From contig JAKMXF010000308.1 in NCBI GenBank assembly GCA_024704765.1, forward strand, positions 384,800-448,799: DNA of 64,000 nucleotides, written 5' to 3'. The notes below the pieces were generated by a model, which was given only the letters and a program-made list of their open reading frames with translations, made no database searches and was not told the DNA's origin. Position 1 is the stretch's first letter, and every line of letters starts with the position of its first letter. Shown here piece by piece: positions 48,431 through 63,117 of the stretch. A program made the position numbers and the translations under genes. Source of the DNA: Oopsacas minuta. Lineage: Eukaryota; Animalia; Porifera.

Positions 48431-51400
48431 AAATAGAATTTCAGATTAATTTTGAATAATTACATATTGCTAGACAGAAATGCATAGAAGTTAGAACCTT
48501 TTCTCATGAACAACAGCACTATATTTCTTTATTAATTTCGATATTCCTCCTCGATAGAATTTGCTACACTTATATTCAACAAATAGATTAATTTATGTTG
48601 ATTTATAATCAGGTCATTTTACATATATTGAAAGTCCCTGATCAATGTGATACCATGATCTTTCTAAAACGTATATAATATTAGAAGAAAGTTGAATTGT
48701 ATTTCTATAAACTAAAATATTACACGGGTGTTAGCATGGTAAAGGATTCGAGAACTGGATATTAGAATTCTAGGATTCTTCGACACGTTTGCTAGATAGT
48801 CCATCAAAAGATTTCCATGCCAAATCTGTATCACACAGTTAAGAGAAATTTTTTAGATTCGAAGTTACTTGAAAGTAGAATGACAACTAATGTTGTCGCA
48901 AATAGGGCTTATTTTCCAGTGTTTTCGCCTCTGAACCCCACTGAGAGTTTACACAGCCCCCAGAGCCCCAGTTGGATAATTCTCCCCTAGTCACCAATTC
49001 CTGGATCCGCGCCTGCCAATGAATGTTGGTATCTCGGGATACTACTGTTCAAATATAGTATTTGAGAAACTATTCACATAGTATTAGAGTTTGAAGTCAC
49101 TAATGGAAGGAGGTTATTGCATCAGGCATAATTCCACACTTAATAAGTGAGAGTAACGTTGACATCGAATGTCATTTACATTCAAAGGGGAGTTCCAACC
49201 TCCTCAAGCCTCCTCACCTTGGATCCGGCACTATAGTTTTTAATTAATTAATTATTTTAGTTATTTTGACTCTATCGACATCTTGTACATAAATTCATCT
49301 TTCGAGAACTTTATAAATATCTTTTGGATATTTGTTGAATATATTATACATATCTCCTGTATGATGCTAGGAGGGAGCGTCGCGATCAAGAGTTATTTAG
49401 AGGTTCGACGTAAAAAGTACACACTCCCCATGGATTAAAATTACCAAGGCTAATAAAGAATACCGTGAAATGCCCCTCCTCCTGGAACGGACCTGAATTG
49501 ATGCACCATAGTATACACTCAACTTTATATGCCCTTATAAAGTATTTTGATAAATCTCTTACGATTGTGATGCAATCGTGAATGTGCCCTTATATGGTAA
49601 TTTCCAACATTACTCAATACCTTCAGAGATATCATATCGAAATGCATCATAAAGGTATGGGAAGTTGGGAATAGACTATATATATATTGACTCCTTATGT
49701 GACTATAATTTTAATTATTATTCTATTATAATTCGATATTCACAAAATATGTGCTATCCATGGTCTGTGCCATAACTCATAAATGCAGGGCTGAGGTTGA
49801 TTTACCGAATTATGTGGGTGATTATATAATTCGGTTAACCATATGGGTAATTTAATGCACGTGACCCTTTTCGATTATAGCTGTTAACCGGCCAACAGCT
49901 GCAAAAATTATTTAAAATGCATTACAAGTTGTTGCGTGACTAAATTGAAATATCAATACATAGCTATTATCTATACAATCGTGATGCGTTTCATCTTGTA
50001 AAGGATTGAAAATCAAGATTGCTGACCTATAATGTAACATCTCGTAACTACCTATCCTGCAGAATTCGTGTATATATATATTTTTCTTACCCCTCAAAAC
50101 ATTTGTAACACTGGGTATAGTATTGGTGGAATGATACCATTCAGTTAACCAAATATATTTTTTCGTAATAGTTAGCTGGATATTGTAGCGGTTAACCTAA
50201 TCAAGGCCTGAACGTGAGAACTTTATAATGAAAATTTTCCATACCTTATTTTGACATGATTTAGCTCATTTGGGATTTCAACTTCTTTTTTAATCATATA
50301 TCAATATTTCATGTTCTGTGTCGTATCAAATATAGAGCATTATTTTGTACATTAGCTGAATGCGCTTCTAACAGAAGACGTTATTTCGATATAAAAATTT
50401 TGACAAAGTGTATGTTTTGTGAATTGTTACATATCATAAAATGCTCAAACAACATGTTTGAATTTGGTTTGAAATTAAATATATTTCCAGAAGAAACATA
50501 GTAGTTTAATAATTCTCCACATCTCGAAATGTAATTTTACTGACATCAGGTACTATGAGTTAATTTTCATAATCTACTATATATATGGCCTCACAACCCC
50601 TTCAGGATTTTCGATTAGGGATCTAAGTGTCGACCGAAATAATTGTTTGTAGTTTCTATATTTCAGAAACGGACCTTTATATTTTTATATTTTGTAGAAA
50701 ATATTAATTGAGCATTTTCTGTATTCACCATGAAATGAAAGATCAATATTTGACGTCTTACTACAAATCAAAGAATGACGTATTTTGCTAAATAAATGCC
50801 TACTAGACACATATTTTGCCACATTCCCGATATATTTTAGTATATTATGGTTGTTATTTGCTGTTCTAGAATATCCAATACACTTCGGTCGTTAGGTATA
50901 CCCCAGCCCAAAACCATATGGATGGTGTGGCCTTTTGTTTATTAGGCATTGTTATACTAATTGATATATGAAAAAAGATTACTTAATGATTGTTTATCGT
51001 CCGTTTGAAAATATATATAATCTTGTTATGTTAAGTCAACAACTGTTGAGTATAGTATTTATCGAAGTTGGCTACTACAGATTTATACACTGAACCATTA
51101 ATATTACTTGATAAATGATCACGAAAATTTCTTACGATCGGACCTGAATGTTACCTGGCCTAAATACTTCATACATTTTTGTCCCTTGTTTGCAATTTGG
51201 TCCAGCCGGACCAGATATTTCGTGACATGCCTATTAACAATCGTGTAACTAGGGAAAAATTTGTATTTATAAGAAATATCAAATTCAACGGTTAATTGTT
51301 TGTGTACAATCATTACCTATTCAATACAATGATTCTTTCAGTTTTTTCTGGTAGATGTGATCCCGATAAAATATACGATAAAATACACAATATTGGCAAT

Positions 51401-52214
51401 TCTCAATGCTGGCCCACTAAACTTCGGTTGACCATTGTCCAGGATTTATCCTGGACAGTACAAGATTTTCGCCAAAATACTGATCTGTCCATGATTTTGA
51501 TGTATAAATACATGTTTTCGAGATTACAATCTTGAATAGATGGATATTATGTGATGATAGATCAACGCCCCGAAGATTGTTTTGTATTTTCCAAAAATAC
51601 GATTGTTACAGATCATAACTCATTTAGGACAGTCATGTAACTAAAATATATCTTGGTTTTACATAGCTATGCCTTTCACTTTTCAGAATAATAATAATTA
51701 TGGCTATTAACACGAGCGACAACCATGTTGAATGAGTTTTCACGCTATTTCTGTTTCAAAATTCAAGATCCATTTTAGTTTATACAAGTACTTGTCAAAT
51801 AAGTGTCCAGGATTTGTACATGAATTTCTAAATTTTTCCAGGAAAATCAAGGATTTTTCTGTATAAAGTGATTCATTGTCTATGGATTGAACCAAAACCA
51901 TCTGGTCACCCGAACAAAAACTATATTATAGCTGTGCAGATCCTAACCTTTTCACCCATGGACCCTTATACAAATTTTAACACATTCTGTGATCCACCAA
52001 GGGGTCCATGAACCTCAGCTTCGGTACCACTGCTATAATCACTACAGTAATAACTTGTCAAGTTCTTGTCTAGGTTTTATCTTGGCATCGTGGTAAGTCC
52101 ACGGATTCTTTTAGATCAACAAAGAATACATACTATTTCGTTGAATTTCTGATTCCTATCCTTATTTATATCATCTTTCATTTATCATTTTATTTTATTG
52201 TTTCTTGTTATTAG

Positions 52215-53620
52215 AATTCAACTTGGTGAAAGAAAATAACTTTTCAAACGAGTCAATCTTGGATTTGAAAATTATCATTCCTTCAATTAACAAGGTTACT
52301 TATATGGATAGACTTGTTTCTCGGGATGATTTTAAGACTTCCTTACGAATGCATCAACAGTATTTCTTCTATCTTTCCAAATTAGTCATGTTTCTTCATA
52401 TGAAGCTAAATATTGAACATATATCGATTGAATCGAGTAGAACAAAAATGCTTTCCAAAATTTGTAACTATTTAGTGGGTTTTCATAGACAGATCCGTTT
52501 ACTTGATACGCTGTTAAATGAGAAGGAAGTTATATTGAACCTTTGTCAGGATTTGTCTATTGTGGTAGAGAAATTGAAACGGCGATACAAGGATTTAAAT
52601 CCTTCCCGAAGTTTAACACAAGGAAAAACTAATGCTGCAGACATTGCGTTATTCAAAGAATTGACAATAAAGAGTATGGAACCCCAAATTGAAAAATTAA
52701 TATTGAAACATAAAAGAGAAATTCAAGAAATGGAATCATCACACTCTATTGAATTATCTAATATTCAGTTTCATCTAAGGAATACATATGAGGATAAGAT
52801 AAAGTCTATTAATGAAAGAAACATTCTTGAAGTTATGAAATCCAGAAGTCTAATGAAAAATGAATTACTTCATGTTGTCCAAGAAACATTGGAACAGCAA
52901 GAACAAAGAGATACTTGTAGACAAATTCAGTTACTAGACAAGTTTAAACCACTCAAATCTAATGTATATCTTCTACGTTCCGAAATTACCACTCTGAGAG
53001 AGAACTTCATGCGTAATTCTGCAATATTTTTATCAATGTTCCGATCATCTTACCTCAATATTACCGAGGTGATAGAAATGAGTTACATTTCAAATGAGAA
53101 GAAATTTCGTGATCAATGGCTTCATGAATTAGAAACTGTAAAAAATGAAGTTGGTATAAAATTTGCAATTGAATTTGACGAGAAAGAACTACTCATAATT
53201 AAGAGCTTAAAAAAGAATCATGAAGAAGAGATAGAAATCATTATAGAAAATTTAGAAAATAGATTTAATGATGAGCGAAAACGTAATCAATTTCTACATA
53301 ATGAGAGTATTTCCAATCTCAAATATCATTACGAAAACAAAATTTCTAGACTTGTACAGACGAATGTTCATATAGAAAGTAAATTTTCAGATCTCAGTGC
53401 ACGCTTTCAAAAGTTAAATGAAGATTATATACAAACAAAAGATGAATTGGGTTCTTTATTGGAAAAAAATTCTCTTTTACATTCTGAACTAGCTTTAAAG
53501 CTAAATACACATGTTGGGTTCGAATCTCTTGATTATTCACCAGAAGGTTTTTCAGCATTAGTTATGGAAAATTCGCATTTAAAACATTACATCAAAGAAT
53601 TGGATATTAAAACGATTTAG
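52215..53620 (+). CDS. Probable host-gene coding exon; unknown coiled-coil-rich protein (up to about 468 aa)
   Basis: 1.4-kb stop-free frame in about 30% GC DNA; long pyrimidine tract ending ..TTTCTTGTTATTAG at 52214; first in-frame ATG at 52304; E/K/L/I/N-rich heptad-like composition; no transposon motif recognised. Confidence 0.75.
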
Positions 53621-54048
53621 CATTTGTGATTTGGATGATATTTGTAATCATTCATGTTAAGGAGTTTCATTATAGCGAACTGAAGTTCAAAGTACATCTG
53701 AAACATCCCACTATATAAACATCTTTTAACCCTACGCGAATACGATAAATTTAGTTTGTATTCTCTATACTAATGCGATTACACTCCATTCAAATTCTGG
53801 ACAATTGATAGCAACTACTTTTTACAAGTGACTATTCTAAACAACATTGCGATATGTTTACAATCTGTAATCAATCCATGACTGAAAAATTAAATTCATG
53901 TAATTACACTAGGTCTGAAAAATATTCGAAATTGTTAGGAATTAAACTTTTTCTGAACGAACAATTTTTCAAATAACCGTTCATTCATGACTAAGCATTT
54001 CACTTCTTCAACCCAATATCTGATGAAAATCTATAGTTGTTGAGAATA

Positions 54049-55357
54049 CAGGATGACACATAAATACTGTTACAAACATAAAAGGGCTGAAAACAAAAAC
54101 TATTGGGGCGATCATTCTAATATTCTAAATTATGTTTAGATATACTATTGGGTTGAAAATTAAGAAAGTATTACTCAAGTATATCGCTTTTTGCCTTAAT
54201 GCAGCTCTTCAGACAGACGATGAAGGAGTCTACACTGGCACACACATGCTCATCCGGAATCTTTGACCATTCTCTTAATAATGTACTCTTAAGAACCTCA
54301 ACTGAACGATGGGGTGTAGCGTTAACCCTCTCTTCCAATATGGACCATATAGAGAAGTCGAGGGGGTTAAGGTCTGGCGAACAAGGTGACCACTCTTCGG
54401 AAGAAATGGCCCCGGGAAAATTGGTCTTGCACCACTTTTGCGTGGCTTTAGCCTTGTGAGCTGGAGCAGAATCTTGCTGGAATACCCATAGGTCGTTTCC
54501 AAAATATGATTATACCCAAGGCTTCAAAACATTCTCAAGAATGGTCCCGATAAACCGATGGGTTGATTTTCACACCTTGGGGGATAAATATCAAAGGTGT
54601 CCAACCAGTTGCAGTAACCCCGGCCCATACTATCACTGAAGCTGGTTTCTGCATTCTAGAGACCCGGAAAGTAGATTCAGGCAAAGTACTCTTATCGGTG
54701 CTAAAATCCTATGATTTTGCTTGTTTAGGACCTGCTGAACAGTAAATAATTTCTCATCAGAGAAAAGGATCTGCTTGTGTCTACCATTGGTGAAACGTGA
54801 AAGCAAGGCCTTGCATCTTTCCAACCTCATACTTTTATTTTTGGCTGTGAGGAGTTGTCTTTTTTTCATTTTGTACACTTTCATGCCCTAATCATTACAA
54901 ACACGCCTCCGCATCGATTCCCTGTTTGTATTTGTTTCAATGGCCATTTTTCGGATACTTTGGGTGGGATTTCGTTTAATCCGTTGTAGCACCCTCTTGG
55001 CCAAAGAAATTGTCCGTGCAGTACGTGGACGGCCTGGTCGTGGTCGGTCTAACACATCCCCTGTATCAGCAAACCGTGACAAAGTTCGCGAAATAAACAT
55101 CCTATTGTAACTGAGCAAAGAGGCAATTTCACTTCTGCATTTCCCGGCCTTGAATAACTCAATAACAGCTGGACAACGAGTCTCCATTACAAAATGTTGA
55201 AATTATAAAACTTCTAAGTGAGATATAGCTGGTGTGATATATGGGGATAAAATAGATATGTAGTACAATATATTGGATAAGTTTCAACGCTATTGAATTA
55301 TATTCATCTACAATATGGTAGTTTTAAAAGTTGTAACAGTATTTAGGTGTCACCCTG
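54049..55357 (-). mobile_element. maT DD37D element, full length, disabled (ATG 55187)
   Basis: TIR CAGG(G/A)TGACAC(C/A)TAAATACTGTTACA; left TA intact, right flank TC. LFSDEKLF and QDSAPAH...SPDLNPLDF with 37-residue spacing. Confidence 0.9.
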
Positions 55358-56490
55358 TCTTAGATTTGTTCAATTAGTTAGGCTGTTGACTCAATTAGCC
55401 ATCTCAGCGATAAACTTCGTAGAAAAGAATGATTAGAATGAGGTCATGAAGAAAGTACTTAACGAATATTCATTCCAACGAACGAAGATGATTTGAACGT
55501 GTTTTTGTTTGAAATTTGATGTATACGAACTGGTTTATTAATCCAAGGATTCTCGATCACAGGATCGCTGCACACCGATACCTTAATCCCGAATGACAAT
55601 CTATATCTAAAAATCTATGTATATTATCCTAAACCTAGTCTAAAATGTAGAATATTCTACCTACAATTGGACTTCAGTGCAAATATGCGATATCTAGACA
55701 TTGACATTTCCGACAATCTTTGGAAACGTTGGGCTAATACTGATAAAAAAAAATCTCTCTTGGATTATTTTTGAATTTAATGCAGAATTATCTGTAAGAT
55801 TTGGTTTACAAACTGAAAAGATTATTATTGATTTTTCGATCAAAGGTGGAAAACCCACTGTTTGCAAATATTCAAAAGTTGAATCAGATCGTGGATGTTT
55901 TTAATGTGTTTATTAATATATGGAACCGAAACCAGTTATTTTTGCCAAATGATCTAAAACCTTTTCATTACAAAAAATAGAAATTTTGTGATGATAAAGT
56001 CGTACGTTTCAGAGTTTTCGTACAGACCATGGAATGCATGTGTTTGGCAATATCCTCTTCTAACTGGATAAACGTTGTAATTATTGTCAAATGAGCATAA
56101 CCAATATAGTGTGTCCCGGATTTTCTATATCCTTATAATACATTTTCATATGATATCTCTAGGCAATATGATGTAATCATGAGTATACCAAATTTTGTCA
56201 TTGTTTCGGTCGCAAAAACCTTTAGAGATATCATATCGAAATGTATTATATGCATATGGAATTCGTGTAATTTACTATATAATAGTTATGCTGATTTTGC
56301 GGTAATAATAAAGATTATCGTGTTATTAGAAGATATTAACAAAACAACATTTCGCCAGATAATACGCACTCAAATAAACGTCTGTTAACACTTCTATTTT
56401 CTTATTGCAGAGAAGTTTCAAAATCTAAAAGTTTATTTCCTCGTATATTGGAGTGGGGACTTCACTGCGAGCCTATATACAATACTGTTA

Positions 56491-56764
56491 CAGTGTACCC
56501 TTGCTAATCTGAACACCACTGTCTCGATTGCTAATTTATTCGTTCGGATTAGTGAAATTTCTCAGATAGAGAATTCATTGAAACAATACTCTTATATAAT
56601 CTAGAAGCCCATATTTCCGAAAGTTGTACAAACGAAGGAATGGCGTGAGTAACATAATGTTAGATATTTATCTCCTTAGCAGAATTAGGAATAAATCGAC
56701 AATTCCTTTAAGCTTTAGGCCCTGTTTGGATTAAAGAGTTTCAGATTAGCGAGGGGCTTCCTCA
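56491..56764. mobile_element. Degenerate pogo/Tigger-like MITE (tentative)
   Basis: CCCTTGCTAATCTGAA at the left end is mirrored by TTCAGATTAGCGAGGG at the right end, with TA flanks. Confidence 0.45.
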
Positions 56765-56779
56765 TACTTAAATCTCATC

Positions 56780-57900
56780 CGCTGCTTGTGCCTCTACTAT
56801 TATGTCATGTTTTAGTTACCATTTCCAAACATATTTCAGAAATAGAAAATTGCGATCTTAAAGTCCAAATACTGTGTACAGACAACTATTCTCTTAATGT
56901 TAGATTATTCAAATGCTTCTCTCCATTGGCGTACCTCATCCTATTGATTCAGCCAAACCACTTAACCTTATGTTCGATTTTATCCACACAATGAAGACAA
57001 TATGTGACAATTGGCTCAATCAGACAGATGTTAGTCATACGTTTATCTCCCCAAATTCGACAGGTTTTCCCTTCTAATGAGACTTCTTTCGAAGATGTGA
57101 GACTGTTATTTAAAACCAACAACACAACGTAGCTAAGAATGCACATGTCTAACCGTGAAATCTTGTAGGCCTTATAACCTTGAGCGACAGAACGTTGATT
57201 TGGCTTTGAGGGTGTTTAATGAATCCATTATGGCTGCTCTTCAGCTCCATGCATCCAGAGAAAACCTTTCTTCCCAGACATCCGATTTTCTTGATGTCCT
57301 TACTCCAAACAAAGGATTTCGGCTCAATGATTCAAATTCCATAGCTTTTAGAAACAAATATGAGAGATTTTCATTTCTCTCAAAAGTCGTAGAATGGCTA
57401 GATAACTAGTAGATGATGCCCTGGGAGACTAAGCAGTCAGACTTTCACCAGTGTTCGACATTCTTGTATTGCACTTCAAAATACGGTTAATATTATCACT
57501 GGAAGTCGTGGCTTTACCTTTGTCCTGATTTCAGTCCTACAAAACGATCCACTTGAACATTACCTCAGTCTTTATCGAATGATGTCGGGTGCTCACTAAA
57601 ATGCTACGATTTCTCAAATTTTGGAAACTGAGAGGCGGATAATATTATCTGGTATACTAAAACTTTTCTCAGCTACCATTCCAGCTAATCTTCAAGATTA
57701 TTTGAAACATTTTCTGAAACATTTTCTGATCCCCACGCCAAGATGGTGCAACAATTGGTGATTTAGGATTTCAGATCAATATAGTTTACTCCTGATACTT
57801 TTGAAACCACTCGCATATCCGATCCAATTATCTTACAATCCCTCGCTTTCATCGCTGGCAATACAGTTCACTCTATTTACAAAAGCAAAGTATTCCGTAA
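56780..57900 (+). pseudogene. P-superfamily transposase relic (core and C-terminal part)
   Basis: LCTDNYSLN, LMFDFIHTMKT, LERQNVDLALRVFNE, LQNDPLEHY. Confidence 0.8.
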
Positions 57901-58024
57901 ACCTACGAATCATTCAACAACCAAATCTGTGTGTTCGTTGTTTGTCTTTTCTAACTGTAGACAAAGATTTGGAATTCTAAGAACCTGCATATTCCATTTA
58001 TTGCTTAATATAATTTCGAGGCGC

Positions 58025-58122
58025 TTGCAATTGGTCGCCCTTTGTGGGTTTGCAATTAGTCGACTATTCTATGGTTTGCAATTGGTCTACTATTTTATGG
58101 TTTGCAATGGGTCGACTATTTC
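58025..58122. repeat. Four tandem copies of a 25-26 bp unit (TTGCAATTGGTCGACTATT.TATGGT)
   Basis: Units start at 58025, 58050, 58076 and 58102. Confidence 0.85.
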
Positions 58123-58499
58123 ATTTTGACATTTGGTGGATTTCTCAATAGTCCCTACACTGTTGATTGAATTTTGTTTTACTAGTTGTTTCAAGAGAAC
58201 ATTTAGTGTGAAGCAAAGTATCATAGTTGAAGTAACTGAAGCTGAATGTTAAGAAAAGATAAGATGAAAACAAGTAAAAAAAGTAAAATACTAAGTATAT
58301 ATGTGCTAATTTATCTTCTGTGGTACACCTCCATGTTGGACATTTTCAAAGTGTGGACTGCATTGTTCACAACATTTAGCATGTCCGCAAGGAAGAAAAC
58401 AACAGTTAATTCTCTAAGTAATAAGCAGACACAACAGTTAGCAGTCTTTTGGCTCTGTTCTTCATTGTTTTCATTAAATTCTGACGAAGACTCATTTTG

Positions 58500-59600
58500 G
58501 AATTCTCCATTGAGCGGATCGGTATCTATATGAATAGAGTTGGCTATTGAATAGAGGTAGACGATCGGATTATATTCTCCTGATTCCAGTTTTGTTTACA
58601 ATTTGAACGGAAAGAATCATTTCTATATCCTTTAGCTTTCTATTGCGAGTAGTTTCAATACCGTTGCTTAGACGTTCTATGCTCAAATCTGTGTCCTGTA
58701 TCGTGGTGCTGAGGAACTCAATAAACAGCCATATGCGTGAATGAGACGCTATAATGTCCCTTTTTAATCGACCGTGATAATTCTCCGCCCCATTATTTAT
58801 TTTGTGTTGGCAGTTAAATATAGAGAGTTGATTGTTAGGAATTCCATTTAACCATTGTCTTCTCATATACTTCTTTAAGGTGGTACATTTTGTCATATTA
58901 TTTGTACTAAGCAAGATATCTTCCAGTTCAAGTTGATTATATGTTGAGATAATTTGTTCAGCAGGAAGGAATGGAATAAACATAAATGCCGTGATTAGTG
59001 CTGAAAAATTTGGTTTGAAAAGTAGATTTTTGAAAGACCTAATTTTTGAACCTTCCGCCAAATACTTTAGGAGTAATGAAAGTAACAACCTCGAAGAAAA
59101 ATACCCTGAATCTGTATTTCACAGGATTTCTAGCTCCCCTATCCCAACCGGATATCCCATGGATAGGTATTAGTTGAGGAACAAGCTCATGAACTTTCGC
59201 TAAAATAGCAGTGTAGAGTTCTTCATTCTTAGAAGTAAGGATACTGGATAACTGGTAGCACATGGGTTGAAAGCGTGTGTAAAATGTTCCATCGAAATAC
59301 ACGTCTTCTACTTCAGAGAGTGTAGCAGCCATCTTATTTGAGAAGAATACTATTCCAACATCATAACTTACTTCTACACCACCTTCGAAACAAATATCGA
59401 ACTGTGATGATGGTATCATTTCCAAAAATTGGATAGAAGTTATAGGAATAGGAGGCTCTATTTCCCTTCTTGCTCGATACATTGTAGACTGTAAATTTCT
59501 GTAAGGTACAAGAGCCGCAGCAGGATCATCGCGGACGATTTGTTTAAAGACTTTAGATAACCTGCCACGTGAAGATCTCGCCGCGTTTAGACACTTTAAT
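58500..59600 (-). pseudogene. MULE transposase relic
   Basis: MYRARREIEPPIP, VYFDGTF, MFIPFLP, YMRRQWL, KINNGAENYHGRLK; frameshifted with internal deletions. Confidence 0.8.
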
Positions 59601-60499
59601 TTTAAATAAAAAATATCAGCTCTATAGTGAGAAATTGGATGATTATGAGGGTTTAGGGGTACAATAGTGTTAAAGTCGGTTCCAACTTCGCAGATCCTTT
59701 ACATTTATTTGTATCCTTATATAGAACACATCGTAGATACGTAATCTGAGATCTTACTTTATTTTGTGTATATTTGAAACCATCCGATGTTGTAAAGATT
59801 GTTCTTCTTTATGTTTATAATTTCCGCTAGTATATTCCATGATGCAATCCGAAATGCGATGATGAATGCAGTCTCGATTGAATACTTATTAAAATATATA
59901 TAATGTAGGTAATATATATTTGTATTTCATAAAAGAAGGATCCTTAGTGTATATTTCACAGCTGAGCGTTTCCATATGTAACTAACGGGACATAGACAAA
60001 TATTTATCGGATTTTTGACATTCATGAGATATATGGTGTAAATTCGTTCTGAATTGCGAGATATTTGTTCGGATTGTGTTAATAGTATTGCGTTAATTTT
60101 TATATACAAATTTTCAAACTCCAGATTTTTGAGCCTGACTATGTGACTAATGGGCATTTTTCACCTTAAAGCTTATCCATATCAAGCGAGTCAACAATAG
60201 TTTCTGCTCATCTATTTACCTAAACATATTTTGTTGACTTTCGATAATAACATTGATGATGCTAGTAGTTATATCTAAATTGAATTATGAGAGAACTTCT
60301 ATTCCTTTAACTTTTGATCATCCAATGACTTTGACTAACGGGACAAAGTAGGATGTGACACAAATACTACCAACAAGCTATTATTAGTAGTGCTAAATAT
60401 CGATATCCAAATCCTCAGGAAATTCATAAACACCACACGGCAAAAGAGGGCAAGGTAGTACTTGAATAACCTCGCTTTGTTGAACTACCACCTCGTCAC

Positions 60500-62520
60500 T
60501 TTCATTTAGCAATATTCTCCTCTTTGTCAGTGGTTTGCCAAAGCAAACATTCAGTTTGTCATCTGAAGAGTTGATACTAATTATAACAGCTACGAAACGT
60601 TTGGTTTTTTAACAGCGTTTCCAGAATAAGCATGAGTTACGATTACAAAAGATCCAGTTTGTAGTGATAAAGATCTATCAGCTACCGATCTCACAATGGT
60701 TGGCTCTTTTGACTTGGTGGTATAAAAGGGTGTAGAAGCAGTAGAATAACTTTTCATTTCTATTTCGTCCTCTATAATTTGAAACTGATGAGCGTTTGAT
60801 ATTCCAGGTAAATTTACACTGCCATTTTCAAATAAGCTAACAAATCCATATTTTTTATTTTCTCCTTAACTTGCTGAGAAGATATGTAATAAATATTGAT
60901 CTTTGAACAAGCTTCTAAGGCACACTCGTAAAATGTAATTGAATCCTTAACAATTGCTCGTTGTTGGAATACTCTGGTTGCCACCTGCCTTTTTACAGTG
61001 CCACCTATAGCATCTACAGGTCCTTTGCCATGTGATGTGGCAAAAAAGTTCCATATAACTCTAATGTTGTTGATTTGTTCTAAGCGCTTGAACGATGCAG
61101 CAATAAAACGATTTTTGAATTGACTCCACGAACCATCCGACCAAATATTAAGAATAGAAACTTCAGAATCAATTAATGACTTTATTAAGTGGTTAAGAAA
61201 GACAACGACGGAGTCTTTAGTATGCGCAATGTCATCTGATACTATAATAGCAGATTTAGATGTGTCGTCGTGCCAATATACTGCTGTTAAGATAGTGACC
61301 TGCGTTTTACTCCAATGAGCAGACTGGATTTCGTCTTGCCATATTGTGTTAAAATTTTCAGAAAGTCGATCTGCATCATAGCAATATTCAAGTTATCACT
61401 TAGGTGCACTTTCATGTATTGTAATGAGCGGCCTGTTTTCCTTTTATAAAATGGTGCCAGTTGACAGTAGGAAGCATTTCAAATAAAGAAATATAAAGCT
61501 CACTTGGTAATCCAGTTTTATGAATCTTCTCCATTCTTTCTTTACCATTTAAGCCCACAATTTTTTCCCATTGAAACCTTCGGATGAAGTTCTCTTCTTT
61601 AAGTTTACCATCTAGATATGTCTCTTGATCTGAATCTAAATCAAGTGTTGGTGGATACTTCTCTTTAAATAGTACTCCATCTTTGTAAATTTCACATTTA
61701 TTGTACCAACAGTTATCACTACATTCAGCACAAATTAATGAAGATGCTAATTCATGATGATATAATGGGAACCTGACATTAAATTTATCTAAAGCATCCC
61801 AAAGAAGGATGAAGTTTTCATGGTATCGACAAACACACACGTTGATAGGAAGTTCACTAGTAAGTAGCACATGGGGAGGACGCAATGCTGCAAATTTAGA
61901 CTTTTCCTACTTGATATCAGGATAATCTTTTTTCCAAAGGGAGTATGCTTCCATGATAGCCATTATCATGTGACGTTTTTGTATGTGTGTTTAGCTCCAT
62001 TTTCCCTGACAGTAGTTGTATCCCTTTTTCCTGGGGCTTGTCGAGATATTTCATCTCGCTGATAATACTGTATCACTGCGGTTTTTATCGAATCAGGTAA
62101 AGCTGTTCGTCCAGGTGTACTACTTTTCCTGTTACAAAATTTTTGTTTTTTCTCCTCCTCAAATGCCAGGTGTTTTATTACTGCTCTCTTTTTCCTGGGG
62201 CTACCAGGCAGATTACGTTTGACCCGAGCGATAGCCTTTCCAAAACTAGCCTTGCTGGAGTAAGCATTCAGAGATGGAGAATGTTGCGTGTCCGACGTAG
62301 TTTCCAGAGTCTTGAGCGATTTGCTGTAACTGGCTTTTCGTTCACGCTCTTTCACTCTCCTTTCTTCAATAATTTTGTCCTTTTGCTCTAAAGGGAGTGA
62401 ATCCAATTTTATTTTTTTCATTTGTCTATTTTGAGCCATATAAAGCTTCTGTTTCTCTAAGTAATCTTTGTATGAGGTGCCTGATTTGATTTTTTCATTT
62501 GCTGGCGTTTCCTCTTTGCA
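60500..62520 (-). pseudogene. DDD transposase relic, Sola2-like
   Basis: GSPRKKRAVI, RDEISRQAPGKRD, MRPPHV..CVCRYHEN, IDF(S)ENF..DEIQSAHW..QVT, VSDDIAH, WSDGSWSQFKN, WNFFATSHGKGPVDAIGGTVKR. The family name comes from memory of these motifs. Confidence 0.65.
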
Positions 62521-62829
62521 GCATAACTAGTAGAGATTCTAAGCTCCAAGGGTTAATTATTTACTAATTAGGAAGATTAAAATGCAGGTATAATTACTTG
62601 TATCACGTAATATAATTGTGGAATATACACAATTCGACCTAATCTTATGAACCTCCAATTCCAATATGTATATATATTCAATATGCAATGCCTATACTAC
62701 TGAGTTCTGAGAAACGGAATTTTGTTTACGTCAATAGATAGAATTTCAAAAGTGATACTTCAAGCTTCGCTGACTATTAAATTATATTCTTTGAAATGAA
62801 ATAATACAGATTGATTCAGAATGCGAATA

Positions 62830-63117
62830 ACTAACGAGACAAATAACTAACAGGACATGTGACTAACAGGACATGCATTTAACGGGACACGTGACTAACA
62901 GGACATGCATCTAACGGGACACGTGACTAACAGGACATGCATCTAACAGGACATGCATCTAACAGGACATATGACTGACAGGACATGCGACTAACAGGAC
63001 ATGCGACTAACAGGACATGCATCTAACGAGACACGTGACTAACAGGACATGCAACTAACGGGACACGTGACTAACAGGACATGCATCTAACAGGACATGC
63101 AACTAACAGGACACATT
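62830..63117. repeat. 16-bp minisatellite, 18 units, consensus (AC/TC)TAAC(A/G)GGACA(T/C)G(C/T)(A/G)
   Basis: Exact 16-bp periodicity counted from 62846 to 63117 (17 units) plus one degenerate unit at 62830; partial 32-bp alternation. Confidence 0.95.

Noticed and set aside
49785-50210. hAT-type MITE with CAGG termini
   Set aside because: The ends match only about 14/22 and there is no 8-bp TSD.
62830-63117. Repeat array as a CRISPR locus
   Set aside because: Units are contiguous with no unique spacers, there are no cas genes, and the context is eukaryotic.
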